Shown: in pieces, positions 26,389 to 38,499 of the stretch
How the letters are laid out: each line of letters starts with the position of its first letter
How positions within the stretch are numbered: the first letter of the stretch is position 1
From: Tubiluchus corallicola
Taxonomy: Eukaryota > Animalia > Priapulida
NCBI GenBank assembly: GCA_030141605.1
Contig: JAQGDQ010000800.1
Location: forward strand, 1 to 64,000
Reading direction: 5' to 3'
Length of the DNA stretch: 64,000 nucleotides
Notes under the pieces: model-generated
Told to the model about the DNA's origin: nothing
What the model saw: the letters and a program-made list of their open reading frames with translations, nothing else
Databases searched by the model: none
Position numbers and translations under genes: made by a program

Positions 26389-27004
26389 TTAGAAGAATAA
26401 CACGAATATCTTTTGGTTTGGTTGCATCAGTCTCATCACTAAGAAGAGGCATAAACATAGTCGTTATCGCTGTTGATTCGACAGAAATATTCTTTATTTT
26501 CTTGTTCTCTGACAAATCCAGTTCCAAAAATGTCAACTTTGGTGCAAAACTGATGCTTATGTTCTCCAAATTTGGCAGCAATCCGAATACAAACGGATGA
26601 ACGAAATACAATACTTCGCATTTTGTAATCCAAACAGTTTTGAGTCCTTTCGTGGCCAATGTTCCTTTGTCTAGCCGCGTTATTTTGCTGGAGATGATTT
26701 CTAAATTGTTCACTGTTTTGTCCGCCAAGAATTTTTTTGGCAGCTCTTCGTTTTGATAATTATATATTGCAAGGAGGTTAATGTCTTTAGGGGCATAATA
26801 GTCAAAAATTTCAAGAGTAATGCTTTCTAATTCGTTGTCACGGCCGCAGCGGTAGTCGCATGGTTGTTCATCACCTTCCTCAGTACATTCTTCTGGTATT
26901 GCTCCACAATATACGGTGTGAACAACAGCATCAGTTGATGATGCAGAAAATTCACCTTTGGCTGTCGCGAATATCATGAACACAATCGCGCAGGTAGTGT
27001 ACAT
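26389..27004 (-). CDS. Cell-surface LRR protein 2 (paralog), exon 1
   Basis: ATG at 27004, signal peptide MYTTCAIVFMIFATAKG, cap CGAIPEEC..PCDYRCG. LRRs align by eye to protein 1. Phase-1 donor A|GTAAGT at 26388. Confidence 0.85.
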
Positions 27005-27218
27005 TTCGTCCACTTAGAGAATTTACATTAGTGTTTAAACGGCTCTTCAATTGTTTCGGTAACACGAGTTTTCTAAATTAAAGGATTGGGCCCGCCGAGT
27101 CCTTTTAGCTTTGATCTCACGAGTACATGTTTGTAACTAGAAAAGCGATGAACAGAGCCCCAAGGCAGCCCGGGAAGTATGACTAAACTACGCATTCAAC
27201 TAGGTTACGCACGGCGTC

Positions 27219-27330
27219 ACCAATTGTTCTTACGTCATCTGATTTCTGACACACACCCAATTGTTCTGACGTCATCTGATTTCTGACACGAACCCAATTG
27301 TTCTGACGTCATCTGATTACTGACACGCAC
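27219..27330. promoter_or_regulatory. Triplicated ~37-bp unit containing CRE/ATF palindromes upstream of LRR gene 2
   Basis: TGACGTCA twice and TTACGTCA once, ~215-325 bp upstream of the ATG at 27004. Confidence 0.35.
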
Positions 27331-27544
27331 CTTTACTTCTTCTGCATTTCATGAAGACGTAGCAATAGGTCTCTATTGTTATGCGTTACTGCATCTAAAA
27401 ACTTATAGTTAATCAATAAAAATTAGTTTCTTTCGCATTTCTTAATTGATCATTGCTAAACTGAAAGCGATCGATTTTTGCAAAACGTTTCATGGAAGTC
27501 GGTTAAATAGTTTTTGCGTAATACCGATCAATCAAACGACGATA

Positions 27545-28108
27545 AAAACACGACCTCCTTGGTAGAGGTTACTTAAAAACATGACCTCCTTGGTAGAGGT
27601 AACTTAAAAACATGACCTCCTTGGTAGAGGTAACTTAAAAACATGACTTCCTTGGTAGAGGTAACTTAAAAACATGACCTCCTTGGTAGAGGTAACTTAA
27701 AAACAAGACCTCCTTGGTAGAGGTAACTTAAAAACATGACCTCCTTGCCAGAGGTAACTTAAAAACATGACCTCCTTGGTAGAGGTAACTTAAAAACAGA
27801 CCTCCTTGGTAGAGGTAACTTAAAAACATGACCTCCTTGGTAGAGGTAACTTAAAAACATGACCTCCTTGGTAGAGGTAACTTAAAAACATGACCTCCTT
27901 GGTAGAGGTAACTTAAAAACATGACTTCCTTGGCAGAGGTAACTTAAAAACATGACCTCCTTGGTAGAGGTAACTTAAAAACATGACTTCCTTGGCAGAG
28001 GTAACTTAAAAACATGACCTCCTTGGTAGAGATAACTTAAAAACATGACCTCTTTGGTAGAGGTAACTTAAAAACATGACCTCCCTTTGGTAGAGGTAAT
28101 TTAAAAAC
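27545..28108. repeat. 31-bp minisatellite AAAAACATGACCTCCTTGGTAGAGGTAACTT, about 18 units
   Basis: Read directly; units are head-to-tail with no spacers. Confidence 0.97.
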
Positions 28109-28262
28109 TGAATCTGTTTGTGTTTTTGTGCAGAATTTTTGAAGTGTGTTTCGCGCCTTTATTCATGGGGTCTTCCGGAATTTGCTTTTATCTATGTGTT
28201 GGTGCCAAGTAATTTAATCTAGCATTCCCTAGTTATTTGTTTTTTTCCATATTTTTACAAAC

Positions 28263-28738
28263 ATGCATTTCCTGAGTGTTTAAAACGAAGCCAGCCTTAG
28301 TCATGTGACCTAAGCTTTAGTAGTATACGCCACCTATCAATCACACTTGTTTTTACACGTAGTTAGATTTTCTGTTGCCGCTATGCTGATCATGCCGTTT
28401 GGTGATACTTGCATTGCTTTGTCTATTTTGTTACAATTTTACAGTCACTAGTTGTATTTCCAAGCCAAAGTTGTCACCAGTAAATGTAAGTCACCATCTA
28501 CTTTAGTAATTAGTTAATAGTTTAAATTGGTTAGAATTGCTTCAAATGTCTAGAATCATAAAGTAATAATTTGTTTCAGTCTTCTTAAATCTAATTTTTC
28601 ATTTTGTCTAAATAGTAATAACCTTTAGCACGTTCTTAAGCACTTTTTTGCGATCTGTTATTTTAATAAATTATAGGTCTATCGCGCAGTTCAATACTGA
28701 TTTTTGCCATTTCTTTGCCTGGACTGGGCGCATCCACA
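28263..28738 (-). repeat. Right arm of the inverted repeat enclosing LRR gene 2
   Basis: Reverse complement of 22363-22851. Confidence 0.9.
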
Positions 28739-29410
28739 CTATGTTTAGTGAGAATGGCTTGTTCTTGGCTTTGGCCACCTTGTGGCGGTTTTTTGGCCTG
28801 ATTACGTGATCAACATGATCTTAGTCAGAGGCCTACTGTGAAGTGAAGACGTGTCATGATAAGTTGATAAGATATTGTCGTTATCTGTTTACAATTGCTC
28901 ATGATTTGGGGCTAATAACGTATGTATATCCTCTAATTACTTTAATAAACTTAAATTTAGTTTAAATTAACAGCTAGGTATTAATTAGTACGACAGTGCA
29001 GTGTATAACTCTTAATTATGTAAAATTGACTTTTGGCTATTGTTATTTTTTGTTGATTTTTTGCACTAATTTCTTATGTTTAGATGGAATGACATGTTTT
29101 GGCAAATAAAGAGCAAAGAAAGAGCAAAATTTAATCGAGCTTCGAATTTGGTTTTGAAAGCCCAAACAACAGCGTTGGAATTAAGGCACAGAACTTAATT
29201 GTCATCAAAGTGAAAAAACAACAACTACTGTTTTTATTAAAAATTCGTACAAACGTGTGTTTTATTTGAAGCAAATGTTTCATAACTTCTTTCAAAAAGT
29301 AATTAAGACGCCTTAATCATACTTGTATTAAATGCAGAATTAGTCAATATTACAAGGACCCATTGTCAACAAAAGATTTTTAGGCCACGAAGCACAGTGC
29401 TTGAGTTTAA

Positions 29411-29905
29411 TATAGGTTTTATATGTCAAATGTAGACTCAGGAAAGTTCAAATGTGACTTAGGTAAGTCGAATGTAGACATATGAAAGTTCAAATGTAGA
29501 CACAGGAAAGTTCAAATGTGACTTAGGTAAGTCGAATGCAGACATAGGAATTTCGAATGTGTTTTGGTAACTCAAATGTGACTTAGGTAAGTCAAATGTA
29601 GACATAGGAAACTTCAAATGTGACTTAGGTAAGTCAAATGTAGACACAAAAATTTCGAATGTGTTTTTGTAACTCAAATGTGACTTAGGTAAGTCAAATG
29701 TAGACATAGGACATTTGACTTACCAAAAACGCTTAAGATTTCTTGAAAACCATTGTTAAAACATTTGAATTGCCTAAGTCTACATTTGAGTTAGCAAGAC
29801 ACATTTGAATTACCTAAATCTACATTTGACTTGACGTAGGTCTACATTTGAGTTACCAAAATACATTTGAAATTTAGTGTAAAACACAAACGTGTAAAAC
29901 CTATA
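29411..29905. repeat. Same fold-back subrepeat element
   Basis: TATAGGTTTTA...TAAAACCTATA ends with the same TCAAATGTAGAC/TCAAATGTGACTTAGG units. Confidence 0.8.
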
Positions 29906-30656
29906 TAAGACATCATTACAAATACTCTTGATTACCTGTAACACTTATCTTCAATATATGGACTTACAATTTAATAGGCCATTATTGGAAAACAATGTAA
30001 CAGTAAACAATGCGCAAGTTTATAAGCACACAAACCAACATAAAAACTGACAGTGCTGATTAAAAAGACGGAATAAATAGGCGCATATCACAAACACAGA
30101 AACTACTGTCATTTACTATAATTATTAAGATAAAATTAAATGTGCTTTGCAGGTTTGTTAAGACAAAAAAACTTGCAAATTAAATATTAATTATTGCAAT
30201 GGTCATTATATCACACACATGTACGCTTACAGATTATTAAAACACAAAGTTGGTTATTAGCTAAATGGTTCACTAATCGACTAGTAATAATAATACGTTA
30301 ATTGAATGTAACAAAGGCAAGACATACCTATTGTCATAATCAGTTAATGGCCTATATAACTACCATCAGTAACAAAAAAATTTTTATAAAGTAAATGTCA
30401 AAAATAAGCCCTTTTTGTCATGGATAGAGCAAGCCAGTCAGTTCACATATAAAAATTATCAAGAAGCAAAGCCATGCAGCATGCAAAAATTAAGTTTAAT
30501 GCACCGTCTAAACACGATCACTGAGACCTACGAGATGTATTAGATAAAACTAAAGATCTAAGACACAACTGTCAACTAAGATTACAATAAGACTAAGAAA
30601 AACAACTAAATATAAGCATGGGCTCCTATATAATCCAAAATTGTCACAAAGTTAAA

Positions 30657-30985
30657 GGAAAACCGGACGAGTAAACCCGTAAACACGAGTTCTGAATAAA
30701 TAATGCTCTAAAATATTGAAAACTACAATAGCTTATTTTACATCAAAGCTTAGATTAAATAATAATTACCTCGGACACTCAAATTTTGTTAAACTTTCAA
30801 AGCTACGCGTGGCTTAGTGAATCTGCTAACATTGGCAGCGGGCCGTTTTGTCACATGAGTGTATCAGACAAAGCCATGATCATGAACTGCTGTGTTAGTT
30901 TCTGACGTCATATGATGTAAAGCCCATTTTTCGTAACATCATGCATTTAAGCAGTATTGTAACACCTATGCAAACGTGCTCGATG
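30657..30985 (+). mobile_element. Kolobok-like non-autonomous element, left part
   Basis: Terminus TTAA|AGGAAAACCGGACGA; ~330 bp shared with 44799-45130. Confidence 0.55.
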
Positions 30986-31052
30986 TTACATGAGGAAAGA
31001 CATGAGCTTTTGCTCGTTTGCTTTTATTTGTTCTGATACAAACTTATCAAAA

Positions 31053-32087
31053 TACGGGGGCTGCTCAAAAAGTGTCCATCTCTTTTTTTTCTCCGCGTAA
31101 AGTAAAGCCATGCGGGGCAAAGGGAGCATGTTTTTAGGGAGCGTCGTCGTCATCCTTTCTGCGCATGTGTGAAAATTTCCTGTTTGCGGCGTCTTTTTTT
31201 GTCTTTTATGCCTCAAGTTCAGGTGAGTAGTATAGCATGCTCGACAGATTTTCATTATTAAGAAAAATGACAGAACGCATCGAAGAGAGATATTGCTGAC
31301 CTGTCTCTTTGACTCCCGTGGTATTGTGTATCATGAATATTCACCACTAGGCCAAACAATAAGGAATGCTAACTGGAGGTTCTACATTGCCTTCACGATG
31401 CTGTGCATCCAAAGAAGTCAGACATGTGAGCGACAAAAAATTTGCAAATTCATCACGAAAATGCACCCGCTCATGTCAACCACATAATACAGTCGACTAT
31501 TCTCGTTAAATCGGACCCCGTTAGCCCGGATATCGGATAAGACAGACATCATAGAATAATTTCTTTATCCTCACAGGTTAACTATTTTAAAGTAATATAC
31601 AGTATAGTATATAGTGCAATGTATATAGGCCTTATTAAGGTGATTATTCCTGTATAATATAGACCATATATACGCATATCGGATAAATCGGACAATCGGC
31701 TAAACCGGAACACCCACCTCCCCAATTAGTCCGGTTTAAAGAGGGTTGACTGTACAAGCTTTCCTGGTTAAGAAGAGCACACCAATCATTCAACAGGTTC
31801 TTTACTCTCTTGACTTGGCACCGTGTGACTTCTAGCTCTTCCGTAAGTTGAAAAGCACGATGAAAGAAACGCGATTTGAGTCACGAGAACAAATTATGAG
31901 AAAAGCGACGGCGCAGCTAAATAACATTCCAGAGAAGGCGTTTCAGCGGTGTTACCAGCAGTGGCAGAACAGCTGGGAGAAGTGTATTAATTTCCAAGAG
32001 GAGTATTTTGAAGGAGATTAAATCACATTTGTGAAATGCTTAGGATTGTGTTTTTGATGCCCAATGGCCTTTTGAAAGCACTACGCA
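31053..32087 (+). mobile_element. Degenerate mariner transposon
   Basis: Encodes MLTCLFDSRGIVYHEY, HHENAPAH, YSLDLAPCDF*LF and WEKCINFQEEYFEGD*, with stops, frameshifts and a large deletion. Boundaries approximate. Confidence 0.9.
31490..31752. mobile_element. pogo/Tigger-like MITE inserted into the mariner
   Basis: TA|CAGTCGACT ... GGTTGACTG|TA; interrupts the transposase between the HHENAPAH and DLAPCDF motifs. Confidence 0.8.
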
Positions 32088-33113
32088 GGTAGCCAATCAA
32101 AATTTCTATTACACAACAGCTGAAATAGAATTAGAATCCTGGACTTCACTTCATAGCTCAGTTCTAGAACTGCAACTAGAATTAATAACACCTTGGCACC
32201 TTAGAATTTGCAGTACTTAAAGTACAGCTATAAATGCTTTATTATATTTTATTTTGTAATTATTTTGTTGACTGTATTGCATAATTTATAAACTCGGTTT
32301 TGTTCAAATCACACTTTTATATTTTGGTTGATTGTGCCTGGAGAACTTAACGCTTCACAGTTCAGTACTGATCAACTGATCAATTTAAGTACCTTGAAAA
32401 CTTAACTGGTCAGTAGTAATGATATGCCATATTGCCATAAAAAGCAGACTTTAACATGCATGATAACACGAAATTTTTACTTTATTTGAACTATTTTAGC
32501 TAGGATTTCTGAGAATTTTTTAACATCTACGAGAAAAGAAACTCATAGAACTAAATAAATAATACTAAAACATAAGAAATATGTTTTAAGAGACATAAGA
32601 AACATAAGAAAGATAAGAAATATCCTATTAAAAATAATGGAAAATTTCGTCTCACAGATTTGAAAACATTCGACGAAAATAAAGTGCAATTATCGAGAAT
32701 AACATTTCTGTAACAACTCTGTTTTGGTTTGGAACAGTAAGTTGTTAACTACATTTATTATTATTATTATTTGTCTCCTTCAGGGAATAGCCGCAGTTTG
32801 CTCTTGAACTTCAAGACAACACTAAATACATGACACTCATGAATGTCCCACGAATTGTATGACAAATTAAAGTCCTTCCAAACTAAAGGGGAAGAAAAGG
32901 CAATTTCAAAGTACGTCCCAAAAAACTTTCCATAAAAAGTTATGTTACTTAGCATTATGCTTACTTACTTGAAAGACTTATGTAACTAGAAAAGAAAATT
33001 TTGAGTCATTTAAAATGTTTTGCGATTGCGATTGCAATACTCGACTCTCTCCACCTATCAGAGGCGGGCACCTTTATAGGGTGCAAAGTCTATTCTTCTA
33101 TAACGCTGATCTT

Positions 33114-33335
33114 TTAGTTGTCTTTTCTAAGTTTAGTATCTTTATTTGTCTTTATCCTGTATTCCATACATTCGTTCACTAGATTTCTAATTTCTAGCAA
33201 TCCTTCCCTTTTACTGTTCATTAATACATCTGAGTTCAAAATTTTTTTCCATTCTCCATATCTGTAACATCTAAGCATATGTTCAGTAGTGTCATCATCT
33301 TGCTCACAAATGTTTGCACTAATTGGTAAAATGTT
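33114..33335 (-). mobile_element. LINE ORF2 C-terminal zinc-knuckle fragment
   Basis: ICEQDDDTTEHMLRC motif. Confidence 0.5.
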
Positions 33336-34164
33336 ACCGAGCAACTCACCTTCCCAGTATGCACCACTGACTCACCAAAAAACATATTTTTATTCTTACT
33401 GACAATTATAGAGTAATTTATACTTTTGCTTAGTTGGTGAAGATTTTGTAAAAAGCTGGGATAATTTTTCCAAACTTTACGCAATTATATCTAAACTTGT
33501 TTCAAGTCAACCTGCCATCAAAATTGCTGCACCTAGAGGTCACTGTGCGAGTTTAAATTTATAAGTTTTACACACCGTTACTGCAATGCAAGCCCTGTAT
33601 GCAATAAGACGGTATGTAGGTGATGCAAAATTTCAAGACAAATTTTTACCTTTGTATGAGTAAAGAGTTTTCTTGTACTTTAAGTTCGTTTTGTTTTGTT
33701 TACCGTTTGCGTGCACTTGTACTATACACAGTGTTCTTCTTAAATCAACTTTAAACAAACAAACAACAAGTAAACAACTACAGGTATCATCTGTAAAATG
33801 GGTGGCCCAACCACATGCTTCACAAATTTTACACTTTTTTGCCAAATTACTGACTGCAGATGACAGAGTTATTTTTATTACTATTGGACAACAATAAAAA
33901 TGTCGTCAGCTAGACTTTTTGTCAATTAAATGTGAAATTTAGAGAGTGGTTAGATATTAAGCACGAGTTCGAAATAGTGCTTAGCCAACAAAGGCACCAC
34001 AGAAAGTGTCCAAGCTTGTCTGGAGCACACGAATGTCTGCATGCTTAAAGGTTGGTTTAATAGACAATATCCGATCATTGGTTATTGATCATACAGCGTA
34101 AAATTTATTATAAGTTACTATTACTATGTAAAAACATTTCGGATTAAACAAGACGTGATCTTAC

Positions 34165-34277
34165 CACTTTTACTGTAGTGACCTGAAGCTGACTGGGCAC
34201 TACCTGCGTAATCTTGCTACACTTTCCCCCCTCTGTAATGAATCCAAGTAGACGAGCATTCAAGATGGCTGCTACAT
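34165..34277 (-). CDS. PlexA: Plexin-A-like exon (PSI end) with an apparent +1 frameshift
   Basis: ctttcag|A completes R, then CSSHLECSSTWIHYRGG. The G6 run at 34226-34231 leads to KV* (stop 34217-34219). With G5 it reads KCSKITQVVPSQLQVTTVKV|GTAAG, which is plexin-like. Confidence 0.75.
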
Positions 34278-34373
34278 CTGAAAGAAACAATATTCAAATT
34301 TATCTGACATGTTATAATAATAATCTCCCTTTCTCTCTCTCATTGTCTACCTCCCTCCTCCTCTCTCTCGCTT

Positions 34374-34455
<82 letters not shown>

Positions 34456-34921
34456 CCTCCCCCTCCCCCCCCTCCCTCCCTCTCTCCCTCCCTCCATCAC
34501 TATAGAAATTTTCAGGCACGACGGTAGCCACCATTCAGTTGAAAATTATGACGTAAGTGGTGGACTTCATAACTTTCTCATAAGCACATCGTAATTTTCC
34601 GAAAGCACGGCCTGCTTTAACTGCAGTTCTCCTTTTTTTGTAAAAACTTTTGACAGAAACTGACAGTACGATGTTTTCCTCCAGTTGACGAATGACGTCA
34701 TTGGTGGAATTGGGAGTACCCAAGCGTGAAACATTTACATCTTCGAGGTAATTTTACTAATGACACGAGGCGCTTATCACACTTTTATTACTAAATCATT
34801 TTAACATTTTTTGAGAACATTCAAATATATGACGATGTTCAATTATTATTTCTTCTTTCATTTATATCGTGTACATAGAAACGAACCTATGTGTGAAACT
34901 GAAATCAAAAAAACTTGGTAC

Positions 34922-35022
34922 CTGTTTGTAGACGGGCACCATCCACAATAGGGGTTATGAGAGTCCAAACATTGCTCACAAGAACTGGCCTCATCACAGA
35001 CGTTTGTCCGTATTTTAGTTAA
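34922..35022 (-). CDS. PlexA: Plexin-A-like exon (PSI domain, first part)
   Basis: LTKIRTNVCDEASSCEQCLDSHNPYCGWCPSTN matches the PSI pattern C..CL...PYCGWC. Phase-2 donor. Confidence 0.88.
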
Positions 35023-36829
35023 CTGTAAGTAAACATTTGTTGGTTAGTACAGCTCAGTATAACCTAACTTACTAATATTACTAACATATAGCAGGCTGTT
35101 GGAGGGTGTGGCAATATGCTTTCACACTAAGGAAGGAAACCTTAATCAATTTCTGTGTCGCATCCGATTGGCAGACAATGAGCTATGTGATTCGATTCAA
35201 TTCAATTCAAAACGTGCATTTATTTCCATATTCATGATATAACTGAGGCAAGTAAATGTATTTAATTATCACAATGCAAATAGGATGGCGAAAGACCAAG
35301 AAGGTCAACTAGTCAAGCCATCCTTCAATGGATGTATGTGATTATTGGGATGACACTGTAGCTATTTCACTCATGAATAGTAGTGAAATTACATTATTAC
35401 TATTTTACTTAGCAACATGATCTGTTTAAAATTCACTAATCAATTTTAAATAACTGAAGGATGAAAATGCAATCAAAGATATCTAAACGTACAGGAAAAT
35501 GATGAAGAAAAAGCAATGGTAAGTAAAAGCCAAATAATGTGGTACAAATGAATATAAAAATGATCAAAATTCAAGCTGTCATATCGTCCATGTATAACTC
35601 AAAATGAGAAAAACATGCAAAATAATAATAATAATATTAAATAAAAAATGATAAAAATCAAATTAAATGAAGTGAAAAGCAAGTTATCCAATCAGAAATT
35701 TAAATAAACTTTCAAATAGGGAACTGTGACTGTGCACGGTCACCTCAGACACCAGATCATTTATTATTTTGTTGCCCATTGGTCAGCCAAAGGAAGAGGA
35801 GGCATTTTATGCTAGAATCAGCTGTCAAACAACAGATGTCATATTTTTGCAGCAGAACAAAAGTATAATTACTGCAGTTTTGGACTTGATGGCTAGTGGA
35901 AAGATGACTACATTGTGAAAACGTTAACTAATCGCTAGTATAGCTTTATTTACAGAACGACTATTAGACTGCTAGGATATTTTTGTTTACGTATATTTAC
36001 AAATTATCATTAGTTTACTTATCTACTAGAGTTATAGAAATTTAATGAACAACAATAGTGATGTAAAACTGAATTATAATTCGAATGTGATTCATTACAA
36101 CAACTTGGTAAAACTCTAAAATACCTAAACATTTTGTATACATTTCGTACATTCTAACATATTTGTTTATATGTATGCATTTGTTTATTTGTATATAATT
36201 TGTACAGTTGCTTTTATTTTTATGTGATTGTATTTATGTATTTATGTGTGTCACTAATATCTGTACATGGTTTCATTTTTAATACTGATGTACTGAGCCT
36301 GCAAATAGAGGCGTAATAAAAAATTTATCATCATCACTAATAGTACATTAGATAAACGACCGTACATTCAGAGCCATCTTACGAACAGAAGTGTAAAAAA
36401 TGCCAGTTTCGTTAGAGACGAAATGAAAAATAATTTTCTTTTTCCTTTTTTTACAATTACAAATGTAAAACTGTAGGACTGTAGTGGGCCTATCTATATC
36501 AAGGTCAAACATTATCCCAATTTGACTGTAAGGTCAAAGAATGTACCAGTTAAGTTATCACAACAAAAAACTTGCTTTTTAAATTTTACTATTTGTGTAC
36601 TGGCAAAAGTAGTGAAGTTGGTATCTTCTGTCCGGTCGAAATTTCGAGATGCTGTTTTCAAGATCAAAGGTCACATCAGTTTGGTCGAAAAGTCAAAATC
36701 ACATCAGTTTTGGTTATAAGGTCAAAGGTCATACAAGTTGGTTGCCACGTCACAAGGCTTCTTTTACCATTTTAATGTGCATGTAGTTGCTTCTTTACCG
36801 TAGAACAACTAGTGAAGTTTATACTATAC

Positions 36830-36958
36830 CTTGCGCTGTGTCATAACATACAAATGCTTCTTGTCAAGGTCAAAGGTCATATCGGCATGAACGGGACTTC
36901 CTGGATCAACCTGTACCTCACCAAATTCCACGGCTTCATTCAGCGAATCCACTGCCAC
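36830..36958 (-). CDS. PlexA: Plexin-A-like exon (end of Sema)
   Basis: cag|VAVDSLNEAVEFGEVQVDPGSPVHADMTFDLDKKHLYVMTQRK|gt, 129 nt, phase 0-0. Not in the ORF track. Confidence 0.88.
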
Positions 36959-37056
36959 CTGTTTACCAAAAATCAAACGTACATATGCAAACCACATCAG
37001 CAGTCATAAGGCCCTAGAATGGATGTCCTAGGCCACGCGATCATATAGCTTGTAGC

Positions 37057-37435
37057 CAGGGCCTATTTCAGCCTAGGCGAGGCCAAGGGAAGTGGGGCGT
37101 GTGAGGCCCCATGGGGGGGTAGGTAGCGCTATCATGGTTGGCCCAGAAAATTTTTGAACTGCTAGAACGCCGGAGAAGCATTTTCGAAGAGAAAATATGG
37201 AGTTATACAGTTGTTAAAGGAAAGAACAATTGAAAGAAAAACTGCTTTATTCTCAAGATCAGTCCTTAGTACTTGTCAACACTGCCAAACGGCACGCGTG
37301 CGGCAAGAGAGAGAGGGAGAGAGGAGGCAGTATGTTCGCATAAAGCAAAAAAAAATGTTACCTTGGCGCGAGGCCCCCCTGGAGGGTGAGGCCTCGGGGA
37401 AGTATCCCCACTCCCCCCCCTTGAAATAGGCCCTG
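37057..37435. mobile_element. hAT-type MITE in a plexin intron
   Basis: Perfect 14-bp TIR CAGGGCCTATTTCA and perfect 8-bp TSD CTTGTAGC. Confidence 0.9.
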
Positions 37436-38499
37436 CTTGTAGCATAAAACTGATGTGAAGTTTAAAGAAGCAAGTTATCCTGTACATATCCTGTAAAATT
37501 TTCATACGAAAATGACAGCTTCATTTTATGATATGCAAGTTCTCAACATATTAAATAAATTTCTTTCAAACTTTTCGTTACTTTAATATCTGCATGAAAT
37601 GGGCATCAGAATAATAACATTTTGAAGCCAAAGAGGCAGAAAGACGTACAAACGATGATGTTCCAATTCCAATTCAATTAAAATTCAGCGAGTTTTATGC
37701 AGTTTTAACATTTCAATTAATCTGTGGTCTTAGTGTTGGCAGTAAACTAGTGTTGCTTTGGAGGCAAACTGGTGTAGGTTACTGCACCAGTGCTCTTGGA
37801 ATTGCTTGCTTTACATTTAAGGCCTACGGACAAAATGCCTTGCAAGAGTAATTGTCTTTCTAAGCCCAAAAGGTGGTCTAATAAGTGCGTCCAAATGTAT
37901 TGCTGCTGAGACGTAGAGCTTAGCAAGTAATTTTGAACTATTTAACAAAAATGATATTTCTCTATCCGAAGTTTTATGAAAACAACTTTGGATTGGGTGT
38001 AGAATGATGACTTGAATGAGCAAATAAACGGATGAACAAACAGACAAACAAGCAACTAAACAACTGGAATGCTTATACAGGACTCCACACATGCATCTCA
38101 ACACAGCTGCACTTCTGATTACCCTAAAAGGAATTTTTTAATGGCGTTACAAAATGCAAATCGTTACCTGCGATGAATCTTTATTTTGACAAATCTTTAC
38201 AATCTCGTTGTGCAAAAACCTGAATGTCAAAAACAACTAGGCGTTACATGACAGCTGACACGCTCGCTCATATGAACCCACCTTTGCTATTAGCAGAAGT
38301 GTTACTTCTAGTATTACTTAAAATTGGATAAATAGGAAAGTCAGGAAAGCATTGGCCAGTGAAGTTATGATAAGAGGACAGTTACTAACAACATTTCGTT
38401 TGTTGTATAACAGAAATACATCCCAACTACTACAGTAAATAAATAAACAACACCTAACTAAGCTTAACAGCAAGTAAAGAACAGTAAGTAAACAAAACT

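Noticed and set aside
27545-28108. CRISPR-like 31-bp palindromic repeats
   Set aside because: Units are contiguous with no unique spacers, there are no cas genes, and the context is eukaryotic.
33345-33492. Possible next plexin exon
   Set aside because: It has AG and GTGAGT sites but stop codons in all three frames and no plexin similarity.
34535-34740. ORF inside the plexin intron as an extra exon
   Set aside because: No plexin similarity; KAGRAFGKLR looks more like a decayed RTE-type RT fragment.
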